A stretch of DNA of 64,000 nt, from assembly GCA_963796105.1 (NCBI GenBank), contig CAWCKJ010000004.1:416001-480000 (forward strand). Reading direction: 5' to 3'. This DNA is from a candidate division FCPU426 bacterium. Its GTDB lineage: Bacteria > Oederibacteriota > Muellerivitia > Muellerivitales > Muellerivitaceae. The notes below the pieces were generated by a model. It had not been told where the DNA came from. It made no database searches and saw only the letters and a list, made by a program, of their open reading frames with translations. This document shows positions 9,512 through 20,320 of this stretch, in pieces. The position numbers and the translations under genes were made by a program. Numbering within the stretch: position 1 is the first letter of the stretch; each line of letters opens with the position of its first letter.

Positions 9512-10291
9512 TCATAGTTTTGCCTCTTTTTCCCTGCTGTGTTCTTTTTTCATTTCTTCGCGCATGGAACGGGTCCGAAAGGAAGGGCCCTGAATGACGA
9601 CGGCAGTGGCATGGTGGACCAGGCGGTCCATGGCAGCCGAGGCTAGGAGGGCGTCGCCGAAAAGCTCCGGCCACTCCCGCAGACTGCGGTTGGTGGTAAA
9701 AATCAAGGAGCCCTTTTCATAACGCTCACAGATGATGTCGTAAAAATCCTCGGCGACCTTGGTGTCGAAGGGCTTGAGACCCCAGTCGTCCAGGATCAAG
9801 AGGTCGGGTTTCAGGAAGGATGCGAATCGGTTTTCCCAGGTACCGTCCCCGCGCGAGGCCGCTAATCGTTGGGCCGCATGCGAGGTCTTGATAAAGAGTA
9901 CCTCATAACCCTTGCGGCAGACTTCATGGGCCAAAGCGCAGGCCAAATGGGTTTTGCCCACACCTGAGGGACCGATGAAAAATAGGTTCTCTTTTCGCTC
10001 CACGAAAGAACAAGTACCCAAATCCAGGATTTGTTGCCGGTTGATGGCCGGGTTGAAGGCGAAATCGAACCCCGTTAGAGTCATATGGGTTGAGAAGCCC
10101 GCCTTTTTCAGCCTTCTTTGGAGTTGGCCCACTTGGCGGCGCTCCAGCTCATCCAACAGCAACTGGCCCAGGAAATCCATATAACCGATCTGGGATTCAA
10201 TGGCCTGCTGGTTTCGGATTTCCAGCGTCTCCAACATACCTGCGAGTTTTAACCTTCTCAGGTGCGGCTCCAACTGATGTTTATTTTCCAT
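9512..10291 (-). CDS. istB: IS21 helper ATPase IstB
   Basis: GPSGVGKTHLA, LLILDDWG, TTN, DRLVHH, GPSFR; GAGGAGG RBS before ATG 10291. Confidence 0.95.
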   Translation of the reverse strand: MENKHQLEPHLRRLKLAGMLETLEIRNQQAIESQIGYMDFLGQLLLDELERRQVGQLQRRLKKAGFSTHMTLTGFDFAFNPAINRQQILDLGTCSFVERKENLFFIGPSGVGKTHLACALAHEVCRKGYEVLFIKTSHAAQRLAASRGDGTWENRFASFLKPDLLILDDWGLKPFDTKVAEDFYDIICERYEKGSLIFTTNRSLREWPELFGDALLASAAMDRLVHHATAVVIQGPSFRTRSMREEMKKEHSREKEAKL

Positions 10292-10304
10292 ATATGCTTC
10301 CTCC

Positions 10305-11861
10305 TCAATTTTTATCCAGAGCCAAGGCACGGAGGAAATCCTCCGCGGGCCGGGCGAAATCGAAAGACGACTGGGGTTTGAGTGAAGGATCCGACGGCGG
10401 GTCCAACGGGTTTTGATCGAGGTTCTTTTGAAGGATGTTTTTGATGGATTGGTACGTGTAGTTTCCGAAATGGAGGGCCCTTAGACAGGCTGCCTCCAGA
10501 CGGGAAGGCAGGTACTTTTCCCTCAAGCGCAGAATGCCCTGGGCTTTGCGCAGATGGTCCAGGGGGTGGGAGTGTTCCAGCAGGAGTTGGATTAATTGAT
10601 GGGTATTAGGTCCAATGGCCTGGGCCTGTTTGAGGCACCATTGTGGGGTTCGTTCCAAGAAGACCGCTTTTTCAGGGGGATAGTGGCCCGGGTTGGTGCG
10701 CCAGGTTCCCTTGCGTGTGGCCTTGGCGTGGGAAGCCACGCATTCGTGTTTGAGAAATATATCAACGGTGGTGTCGGTTAATTGGGCCAGTAGTTTTTGG
10801 CCCCGAAGACGGTAGGGAGCCGAGTAATAGGAACCTTCCACGACTACGTGGCAATCGGGGTGCAGAGTGGCTTCTTTGAAGAAAGTTGGATGGTAAGCCG
10901 CGGTAGGCAGGGGCAAAAGGGCCTTCTGTTCCACGCTCTGGAAGACGGCCAAGGGTTGAAGCCGGGTGGTGCCATGATCCCGTAAACCTGCCTTGTTCAT
11001 CACCCAATCGCGGAGTTGATGGTTGGCATCGGTGCGGCCCTGGAAGGAACGACCCTTGAAGAAGGAATTACGGACATAGGGCACGCCGCGTTCAACTTTA
11101 CCCTTGTGGCGTGGAGTGGCGACGCGGCAAGGGGAGATGATGAAGCCGTAATGGTTGGCGCATTCCACGTAGGTACGGTTGGCCAAGGGATCATAGAGGG
11201 CCGCCTTGACGATGGCGCTTTTCAGGTTATCGATTACGATTTTTTTAGGGACTGAATTGAAGAACTCGAAAGCCCGGCGGTGGCAGGCGATCCAGGTTCT
11301 CACGTCCTGTGCGAATACAATCTCGGCGTACATATGCCGGGAATGGGAAAGGGTCATCACGAAAACCCAGGCCTTGGCTTGCTTGCCACGCGTCTCGTCC
11401 CACAAGCGGCCCAAAAGCCCGAAATCCACTTGGGCCTCCTCGCCGGGCGCAACCTCCAGCCTCACGTAGGCGGGTTTCTCATTGCGAAAAGGCTCCGTAT
11501 ACCTCTTCAGGGTCGAGTAACTCCCCTTCCACCCGTGCCGCTCTTGAAGCATCTCCTGGATGCGAATCAAGGTGAAATCTTCCTTCAACCATTCTTGGAT
11601 GATTCCCTTGAGGGCCTCCAAGGCATGAGCGGGAACGGGCGTGGATTTTTCGCCGTCTTCCCAAGCCTTCGCCAAATCCTTTTCCAGGGGAAGTTCCCCT
11701 TGGAGAAAGCCATGTTCTTTCGCCCAACGCACGTATTGCTTGACCGTGTGCTTATTGCATCCCAGGGCCCGGGCAGTGGGTTTGAACCCGCCCAAGGCCT
11801 GGTAAGTCCTCAAAATCTCACGAATAGTCGCCATGTCGCTCTGCCTCCCTTGTCGGGTCAT
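10305..11861 (-). CDS. istA: IS21 transposase IstA
   Basis: N-terminal HTH, PGEEAQVDFG, IVIDNLKS, KGKVER (DDE), YSAPY. Confidence 0.95.
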   Translation of the reverse strand: MTRQGRQSDMATIREILRTYQALGGFKPTARALGCNKHTVKQYVRWAKEHGFLQGELPLEKDLAKAWEDGEKSTPVPAHALEALKGIIQEWLKEDFTLIRIQEMLQERHGWKGSYSTLKRYTEPFRNEKPAYVRLEVAPGEEAQVDFGLLGRLWDETRGKQAKAWVFVMTLSHSRHMYAEIVFAQDVRTWIACHRRAFEFFNSVPKKIVIDNLKSAIVKAALYDPLANRTYVECANHYGFIISPCRVATPRHKGKVERGVPYVRNSFFKGRSFQGRTDANHQLRDWVMNKAGLRDHGTTRLQPLAVFQSVEQKALLPLPTAAYHPTFFKEATLHPDCHVVVEGSYYSAPYRLRGQKLLAQLTDTTVDIFLKHECVASHAKATRKGTWRTNPGHYPPEKAVFLERTPQWCLKQAQAIGPNTHQLIQLLLEHSHPLDHLRKAQGILRLREKYLPSRLEAACLRALHFGNYTYQSIKNILQKNLDQNPLDPPSDPSLKPQSSFDFARPAEDFLRALALDKN

Positions 11862-12316
11862 GCCGTTCTCCTCACATGAAGTGAAAAAAGAAAGGAATGA
11901 CGGTTAGAGAGGCCCTTGGCAAGGGGGTCAAAGTCGGTGGCCAGACAGGGGGTCAAAGTGACTGGCCAGAGGTGGGGTCAAAGTGCTTGGCCAGCTAGGG
12001 GGTTAAAGCTCGCGGCCAATGACAAAAATCGGCATGTCACCGAGTGGCACAATGGCACAATCGGTTGGCACAATCAAAAACGGTTGTTAAAAACACCAAT
12101 AAAACCACAGTTTTATCTGACACCGGGTTATTGGCGCCCATTATCTTGGCGCCAACACACCCAAATCACATGCTTCGCCTTGTAGGCTCAGCATAGGGGT
12201 ATCCTGGCCGATTATGCCACTTTTTGGGGATTGTGCCACTTCGGGGCGATTGTGCCAAACCGTCAAATCCCGAAACCTGCGGGCAGGAATGTGGGCGGTT
12301 TATCTCCCTACCGACG

Positions 12317-12638
12317 GAAACTCGAGAATCTTGGAACTCTGGAACTCACCTGGAACCACCAAAATTCGAGAATCTTGGAACCTTGGAACTCTGGAACTCA
12401 CCTGGAACCACCGAAATTCGAGAATCTTGGAACCTTGGAACTCTGGAACTCGCCTGGAACCACCGAAACTCGAGAATCTTGGAACCTTGGAACTCTGGAA
12501 CTCGCCTGGAACCACCGAATTTCGAGAATCTTGGAACCTTGGAACTCTGGAACTCGCCTGGAACCACCGAAACTCGAGAATCTTGAAACCTTGGAACTTT
12601 GGAACTCGCCTGGAACCACCGAAACTCGAGAATCTTGG
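12317..12638 (+). repeat. 52-bp tandem repeat, ~6.2 units
   Basis: Unit GAAACTCGAGAATCTTGGAACCTTGGAACTCTGGAACTCGCCTGGAACCACC starting at 12361, 12413, 12465, 12517 and 12569, with partial units at both ends. Confidence 0.95.
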
Positions 12639-12750
12639 TGCCGCCTCATGACCATAGACATCTAGCCCAAAAAACCGCCATGTCCTTAGTTCCCCGGCCC
12701 CAAAGTCGCCGGAAAACCTCAATAATTCAAAATTCCCGTTTTTGGGGCTA

Positions 12751-13290
12751 TCACACCCGGTATATAGCCCTGGTTTCCTCCGCCGTAAAACCGATGCGTT
12801 TTTTGTGTTTCTCGGGGACTTTCATCAGCTCCCTTATGGCGTCAAATACCGCCAGGAATTGGGCATCGTGGGAATTGAACTTTTTTTCCAATTCTTCCAA
12901 TCGCTTGGCAAAATCCTTGTTTGAAGCCAATATCTCCCTCAGACGGGCAAAAGCCCTCATAATCTCGATATTTACCCTAATCGCTCTTTTACTTCGAAGC
13001 ACGCTGGAAAGCATGGCAACGCCTTGTTCAGTAAAGGCATATGGAGTGGCTCGACGCGCCCCGCCCCAACTTGAAATTCCAATTTGGAATTTCAAGTTTT
13101 CTGCCTCTTTTTGGTTCAATTGAAACATGAAATCCGATGGAAATCGGTCGAGATTTCTTTTGACGGCTTTATTAAGGTTAAATGTCGTAACCCCATAAAG
13201 TTCAGCCAAATCATGCGATAACATTATTTTCCGGCCACGAATAAAGAATATTTTTTGTTCAACATAACTTTGCGAAATTATCTCACTCAT
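12751..13290 (-). CDS. ORF6N domain-containing DNA-binding protein
   Basis: IRGRKIML..DLAELYGV...NKAVKRNLDRFPSDFMFQL...PYAFTEQGVAMLSSVLRS..AI.VNIEIMRAF. Confidence 0.93.
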   Translation of the reverse strand: MSEIISQSYVEQKIFFIRGRKIMLSHDLAELYGVTTFNLNKAVKRNLDRFPSDFMFQLNQKEAENLKFQIGISSWGGARRATPYAFTEQGVAMLSSVLRSKRAIRVNIEIMRAFARLREILASNKDFAKRLEELEKKFNSHDAQFLAVFDAIRELMKVPEKHKKRIGFTAEETRAIYRV

Positions 13291-13796
13291 ACTTTCTCCT
13301 TAATCATAGCGACAGCAAATCGGGACCGGTAACCCTGTTTAAGGTCACAAATTACGTCCTTAAAAAAGACTCTTTAATCCCAACTTGAAGTCGAAATTTG
13401 CGGCTTCAAGTTATTGAACTAACCCTTTTCGGCCAAGTCGCCTGAAAACCGGGTCTGAAGATTGCGTCTAACGGGCCTTCGCGCAAAGAATCTTGAAACC
13501 GTGGTTTGATTTCCGCTTGTTAGGAAATCCTCAATAATTCAAAATTTAAAATTCAAAACTCAAAATTGTCGCTCAAAGAGCGCATCGGATTCGTGGGTAT
13601 TTTAAATGTTGGATTTATTAGGCATCCACAAGAAAAGAGCTTCTGGTGGGAAAAAGTTTCACTAGGCTTATTTTCAGCCCAAAAAGGCGACCAGGGCCTA
13701 TTGGGGAAAAAAGCTGATGGAGGTTCTGCGAAAAATGGGTGCCTTTGGTTTCAGTTAAAAATGACATATCTTCTGACGCTCGCGGCCCTGGCCGCC

Positions 13797-14456
13797 TTAG
13801 TACCCCTTTTTTCTTCTTCCCCCAAAACCCAATGGATACCAATCCTTCTTCTTCGGCCTCAAGGGCTTTAACCATTTCGCGGCGGGTGAATTCGGCCCGG
13901 CCGCGTATGCCCTGTATCTCCTCAAGGTACGGTAATTCAATCCCATTCTTTTACTGGTTTTTTTTATATCCTCTCCCCGGCGGCTAAACCAAAATACGAA
14001 ATGGGACCTTATTGCCTTACGTGTCATTCCCATTAACCAAAGATTGGCCAAGGCTTTGTTTTCCGCCCTTGAGAATTTAGGGGCTTTGATGACCCGGTGG
14101 TAGAACCGGAAAACCCGCTCGCTAAAAGAATCCGTTTTTTCCGCCGAGTTTATCTGAAGCCAAATCTTCCTGAGTTTGTAAGTGGACGATTTTTTCGCCT
14201 TATGCTTGAAAATATTAATAAGTGTGTTTCGGTGAAGGCCGAGAGTGCTTGAAAGGCTGAATACGTTGCCATTGACGTAGGCTAACCAGGTTATGAAGAA
14301 ATGGTTTTCCAAGTCATTGGGGAGTAATCCCCTGTTCCAAAGGGAGCCCAGTGCTTTAAGGCCCTGGATGTGGCTGCGTCTGGAATCGGCTGATTTCAGG
14401 ATAGACGGATCGACTTGGTGAAAGATTGATTTATTGCTTCCCTTTATAAGTTTCAT
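13797..14456 (-). CDS. basic protein with two Fis-like HTH repeats
   Basis: GNVFSLSSTLGLHRNTL and GEDIKKTSKRMGLNYRTL, each preceded by KAL..LW..G. Confidence 0.65.
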   Translation of the reverse strand: MKLIKGSNKSIFHQVDPSILKSADSRRSHIQGLKALGSLWNRGLLPNDLENHFFITWLAYVNGNVFSLSSTLGLHRNTLINIFKHKAKKSSTYKLRKIWLQINSAEKTDSFSERVFRFYHRVIKAPKFSRAENKALANLWLMGMTRKAIRSHFVFWFSRRGEDIKKTSKRMGLNYRTLRRYRAYAAGPNSPAAKWLKPLRPKKKDWYPLGFGGRRKKGY

Positions 14457-14523
14457 ATACCACCCCGTTACTTATTGGACTACCAAAACGGAAAAGATAA
14501 TTATAAATGATATAATCCCCGAC

Positions 14524-14588
14524 AAGACGGCCTAATCCAATTCGCGAAATAGGCTGATTGGGGTTTCGGGGAAAAATAGGGGTAGATG
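14524..14588 (+). repeat. direct repeat, left of the hemerythrin-qNor-katG block
   Basis: GGCCTAATCCAATTCGCGAAATAGGCTGATT is identical at 14529-14559 and 20010-20040. Confidence 0.85.
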
Positions 14589-14649
14589 GGTAGAAGGTTT
14601 GAACCGGACAGGAAACTGCGCTAATTCACCTTAAGACAGTTTCCATTCC

Positions 14650-15099
14650 TTAAACCAACGGGGAAACGGAAAGAGGGCGGAGAATTTCTTCCACGGTTCT
14701 CGCGTCGGATTCATTGAAAATCCCCTCGATTCGCGCGAAAAACAAATCCTCCTCGAAGCGGATGTGAAGGACGAGGGTTTCGGAAAACCGAAGCAGGTTT
14801 TCTGCCGTATTTTGGGATAGGAGGGATTCCAGGAACCGGTGTTCCCTCCTGATCCTTCCCGCGTCCGGGTCGTCTTTCCCAAACCTTGCCTCAAACAGCC
14901 CCAATATCCTTTCCTCATCCCAGAAATGCCGGCGAAGTTCGTCGTCGAATAACCCTCGGACCTCAGCAGACAGTTCCCCAAGGGTTTTATCCTTGTTTTC
15001 AACTCCCGGGCCAGAAAGTCCTTCCCTTATTTTCTTGGCGGCCATCAAGGCCCGGTGATGGGATTGGCTCAGGGGCCAAAGATATTTCTCGCGCTTCAT
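14650..15099 (-). CDS. hemerythrin (HHE) domain protein
   Basis: SHH, HFWDEE, EH and HIRFEE metal-ligand pattern; directly downstream of qNor. Confidence 0.85.
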   Translation of the reverse strand: MKREKYLWPLSQSHHRALMAAKKIREGLSGPGVENKDKTLGELSAEVRGLFDDELRRHFWDEERILGLFEARFGKDDPDAGRIRREHRFLESLLSQNTAENLLRFSETLVLHIRFEEDLFFARIEGIFNESDARTVEEILRPLSVSPLV

Positions 15100-15108
15100 G
15101 GTTCACCC

Positions 15109-17364
15109 TCATTTGGCATCGGCCTTTTTCAGGTGGAACATCGATATGGCCGTGAAATAAAGCAATGGTAGTACGCCCCCCGCGGTGAAAACCAGGTCTC
15201 CCGCCACCCTGGCCCAAGTCAGGCCCTGGACGATGGGCTGGTTCCAAAACTCAACGCTTCGCGCGAACCAATAGCCCCGGGTGTAGCTTTGAACCATTTC
15301 CAGTATCCCTACCGGGAATATATCCAGCATCAGCATCATCATGAGCCCGATCTGGAGCGACCAGAAGGAAACCCTCAGGATGCGGTTCGACCAGAACTCC
15401 GGCTTGACCAGGAACCGCAGGACGAACACCAGCGCGGCGATGGCCAAATTGCCGTAAACGCCCATGAGGGCCGCGTGGCCGTGGTTGGGCGTCAGGTAGG
15501 TGGCGTGCTCGTAGTAGCTCACGATGGGCAGGTTGATCAGGAAGCCGAATACGCCCGCCCCCAGGAAATTCCAGAATCCCACCGCGATGAGGAACATGAC
15601 CGCCCAGTAATGGGCGAAGAACCCGTCCGATTCCTTGGTTCCAGCCTCCCCCCTCCTGAGCTTGGCGAAATCGTAGGCTTCCAGGGTCAAAAGCAGGAGC
15701 GGCACCACTTCCATTGCGGAGAAAAAAGCGCCGAGGGCCAGGTTGATGGCGGGCTGGGCCGTCCAGTAATAGTGGTGGCCCGTCCCGATCATGCCGGAGC
15801 CCAAATAGAGGAGGATGTCCAGGTAAACCACGCGGATCGCGGTCTTGGTGGTGACGAGCCCCAGGATGACGAAGAAGTAAGCCACCACGATGGTGGTGAA
15901 AAGCTCGAAGAAGCCCTCCACCCAAAGATGGACCACCCACCAGCGCCAAAAGTCGGCCACCGCGAAATTGGTCCGGGGGGTGTAAAGCATGCCGAAGGAA
16001 AACATGAGGGGTATCGCGAGGATGGCGTAAACCAAAAGGTAAGGGAGGCTTCCCCAATCCTGCCCCTTCAGCCTTCCCCAAACCGCCCTCACCACCAGCA
16101 CCGCCCAAATGCCCATTCCAGCCGTCAGGAGCGCCTGCCAGAACCGGCCCAGTTCCAGGTATTCCCAGCCCTGGTGCCCGAACCAGAACCAATATTTCCC
16201 AAGCTGGGCCTTGATGCCCAGGTACTCGCCCACGATGGAGCCAACCGCCACCAGCACCACCGCCCCGAAAAGCACGTTCACCCAGAAGGCCTGGTGCTTG
16301 GGTTCCTTCCCCCCGATGAATGGGGCGATGAAGAGGCCAGCGGCAAGCCAGGCTGTGGCGATCCAGAAGATGGCAAGCTGGAGGTGCCAGCTCCGGGTGA
16401 TGGTAGTGGGCAGGATGTCGCGGATGTCGATGCCGTAAAAACCCGTGGCCTCCACGAAATAGTGCGCCGTGAAAACGCCCATCAAGGTCTGGAAGGCGAA
16501 CAAGGCCGCGACGATGAGGAAATATTTGTAGGTGGCCAATTGGCTGGGAGTGATGGTGAAATTTTTCAAAGGCAGGCTTTTCCGGATGGAGGGTTCATCC
16601 CCTCCCCAACCCAAGTAATCGAAGCGGCCGAAAAACATCAAGACCAGCGCGATGCCTCCCAATAGGGAGATGAGAGACAGGGCGCTCCAAAGAAACACCG
16701 CCTTTGTGGGCCTATTGCCCGCGGCGTCCTCGGGGGGCCAGTTGTTGGTATAGCTGTAGGCTTTGCCGGGCCTCGCGGCGGAGGCGGCCCACGCGGTCCA
16801 GGCGAAGAATTCAGTCAGCTTTTGGACCTCCTCCCTGCTCTTGATGTAATTCCTCGGGAGGGTGTGGTCCGCCCCCGAATTGATGAACATGTCCTCATAT
16901 ACATCCATCAGGGCCGGAAGGGCCTGGGCCTGTTCCTGGGTAAAGACCAGGTTTTTCGCGGAGGCATCATAGCGGTTGGTTTTGATGTCGGAAACCACTT
17001 CCTGGTCGATCTGGGCTTTCTGGTTCGCGGGAAGGATGGAATAAGCCTGCTTGAATTCGGCCTGGGATTTGCTTTCCCGCTGGAGCCAAGCGGAGCGGTG
17101 GAGGTAGTCGTCCGTGAAATCCGGACCACGGTAGGCGCCGTGCCCGAAAACCGAGCCGTAATCCATCAGCCCATAGCGCTGGAATACCGCTTGTCCCGAA
17201 AGGATGTCCTCCCCGGTGAAAAGGACATTTCCGGAGGGATCAGTGACTTTGTCCGGGATGGGCGGGGCGTACTCATAAGTATTGTGCCCCATGAACATGA
17301 GTACCGTGAAACCGATCATCAGGACTAAGATCGCGCCATGCCGCCAAGCTTTTGATATTTCCAT
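15109..17364 (-). CDS. norB: quinol-dependent nitric oxide reductase (qNor)
   Basis: GSVFGHGAY, YTNNWP, WWVVHLWVEGFFE, GTGHH, HGHAALMGVYG; 751 aa. Confidence 0.95.
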   Translation of the reverse strand: MEISKAWRHGAILVLMIGFTVLMFMGHNTYEYAPPIPDKVTDPSGNVLFTGEDILSGQAVFQRYGLMDYGSVFGHGAYRGPDFTDDYLHRSAWLQRESKSQAEFKQAYSILPANQKAQIDQEVVSDIKTNRYDASAKNLVFTQEQAQALPALMDVYEDMFINSGADHTLPRNYIKSREEVQKLTEFFAWTAWAASAARPGKAYSYTNNWPPEDAAGNRPTKAVFLWSALSLISLLGGIALVLMFFGRFDYLGWGGDEPSIRKSLPLKNFTITPSQLATYKYFLIVAALFAFQTLMGVFTAHYFVEATGFYGIDIRDILPTTITRSWHLQLAIFWIATAWLAAGLFIAPFIGGKEPKHQAFWVNVLFGAVVLVAVGSIVGEYLGIKAQLGKYWFWFGHQGWEYLELGRFWQALLTAGMGIWAVLVVRAVWGRLKGQDWGSLPYLLVYAILAIPLMFSFGMLYTPRTNFAVADFWRWWVVHLWVEGFFELFTTIVVAYFFVILGLVTTKTAIRVVYLDILLYLGSGMIGTGHHYYWTAQPAINLALGAFFSAMEVVPLLLLTLEAYDFAKLRRGEAGTKESDGFFAHYWAVMFLIAVGFWNFLGAGVFGFLINLPIVSYYEHATYLTPNHGHAALMGVYGNLAIAALVFVLRFLVKPEFWSNRILRVSFWSLQIGLMMMLMLDIFPVGILEMVQSYTRGYWFARSVEFWNQPIVQGLTWARVAGDLVFTAGGVLPLLYFTAISMFHLKKADAK

Positions 17365-17427
17365 TGATAACCCCCTGTAAATAGTTTTTTACTAAGGATG
17401 ATTCTACTTTTCGCCCCCGTGCCCGAT

Positions 17428-17441
17428 ATGACTTTAGTCAC
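17428..17441. promoter_or_regulatory. ATGAC-N4-GTCAC palindrome upstream of qNor
   Basis: Centred ~41 bp before a predicted start site (TAGAAT -10 at 17401-17406, minus strand); the same motif lies before katG. Confidence 0.55.
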
Positions 17442-17586
17442 GGCCAATATACAGCGGTTCTATATTTACACCTGAAAAGTATTGTCCCTAGGCGGCCAAG
17501 CAAAAAAAGGCCTTTTGGAAGGAAAAAGTTTCATCATTCTTAATTTTCAGGCAATCTATTCCGCCCTGGACTGGTTACAGAAACAC

Positions 17587-17621
17587 AAAAAGCCCTTGCC
17601 CCAAGAAAGGGCAAGGGCTTT
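17587..17621 (-). terminator. intrinsic terminator after katG
   Basis: AAAAAGCCCTTGCCC-CAAGAAA-GGGCAAGGGCTTT hairpin. Confidence 0.8.
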
Positions 17622-17642
17622 AAGTTTTCTCAAAAGCCTGAA

Positions 17643-19844
<2,202 letters not shown>

Positions 19845-19911
19845 TCACTCCTTGAAGATAAAAATAACCTAATCGCTGAACGAGAATAGGTTAAAAATGG
19901 GTATGAAAGGC

Positions 19912-19925
19912 ATGACAATCGTCAT
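19912..19925. promoter_or_regulatory. ATGAC-N4-GTCAT palindrome upstream of katG
   Basis: CATGACAATCGTCATG, ~70 bp before the start codon. Confidence 0.5.
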
Positions 19926-20004
19926 GTTAATAAGTCATGAATAGCTGGAAAAGAGCCTAAATTGAACTACTTAACCCGCTGGAAGGTTTTATGCCTTAGA
20001 ACAA

Positions 20005-20069
20005 AAGATGGCCTAATCCAATTCGCGAAATAGGCTGATTTGGATTTTTATGAAAAACATCGGTAGATG
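20005..20069 (+). repeat. direct repeat, right of the hemerythrin-qNor-katG block
   Basis: Collinear with 14524-14588 at a constant offset of 5481. Confidence 0.85.
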
Positions 20070-20320
20070 TTTTTGGGAACTACTCAGGCATTTCTAGTCT
20101 TTAATAATGGAACTTTTGTAATCATTATTATCAAATTCATGGACTTTTTCTTGGGGTTGGTTTGCCTGGTTGAGGCGGTATAAAAAAACCCAAATGGCGA
20201 TCAACCCAAGGCTGGCGGTTACAAACCCGATAATACAGGCCATTTGAATCCCCGTTTGATGGACGTTGTCGAAATAACCATTCACCAGCCAGGTGACCAA
20301 AAAAATCCAAGCGACAGTCA

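Larger units (their letters stand above)
9254..12024 (-). mobile_element. IS21-family insertion sequence, complete
   Basis: Ends TGTCACTGGCC... and ...GGCCAATGACA, subterminal GGGGTCAAAGT repeats, 6-bp target duplication AAAATC (9248-9253, 12025-12030), istA and istB. Confidence 0.95.

Noticed and set aside
12317..12638. CRISPR array
   Set aside because: The units are contiguous and near-identical with no unique spacers, and there are no cas genes in the window
12214..12722. Overlapping repeat-protein ORFs in several frames
   Set aside because: By-product of a stop-poor 52-bp repeat whose period is not a multiple of 3; no evident RBS
15109..17364. NO dismutase (Nod) instead of qNor
   Set aside because: The canonical HLWVEG and GTGHH ligands are present, without the His substitution typical of Nod
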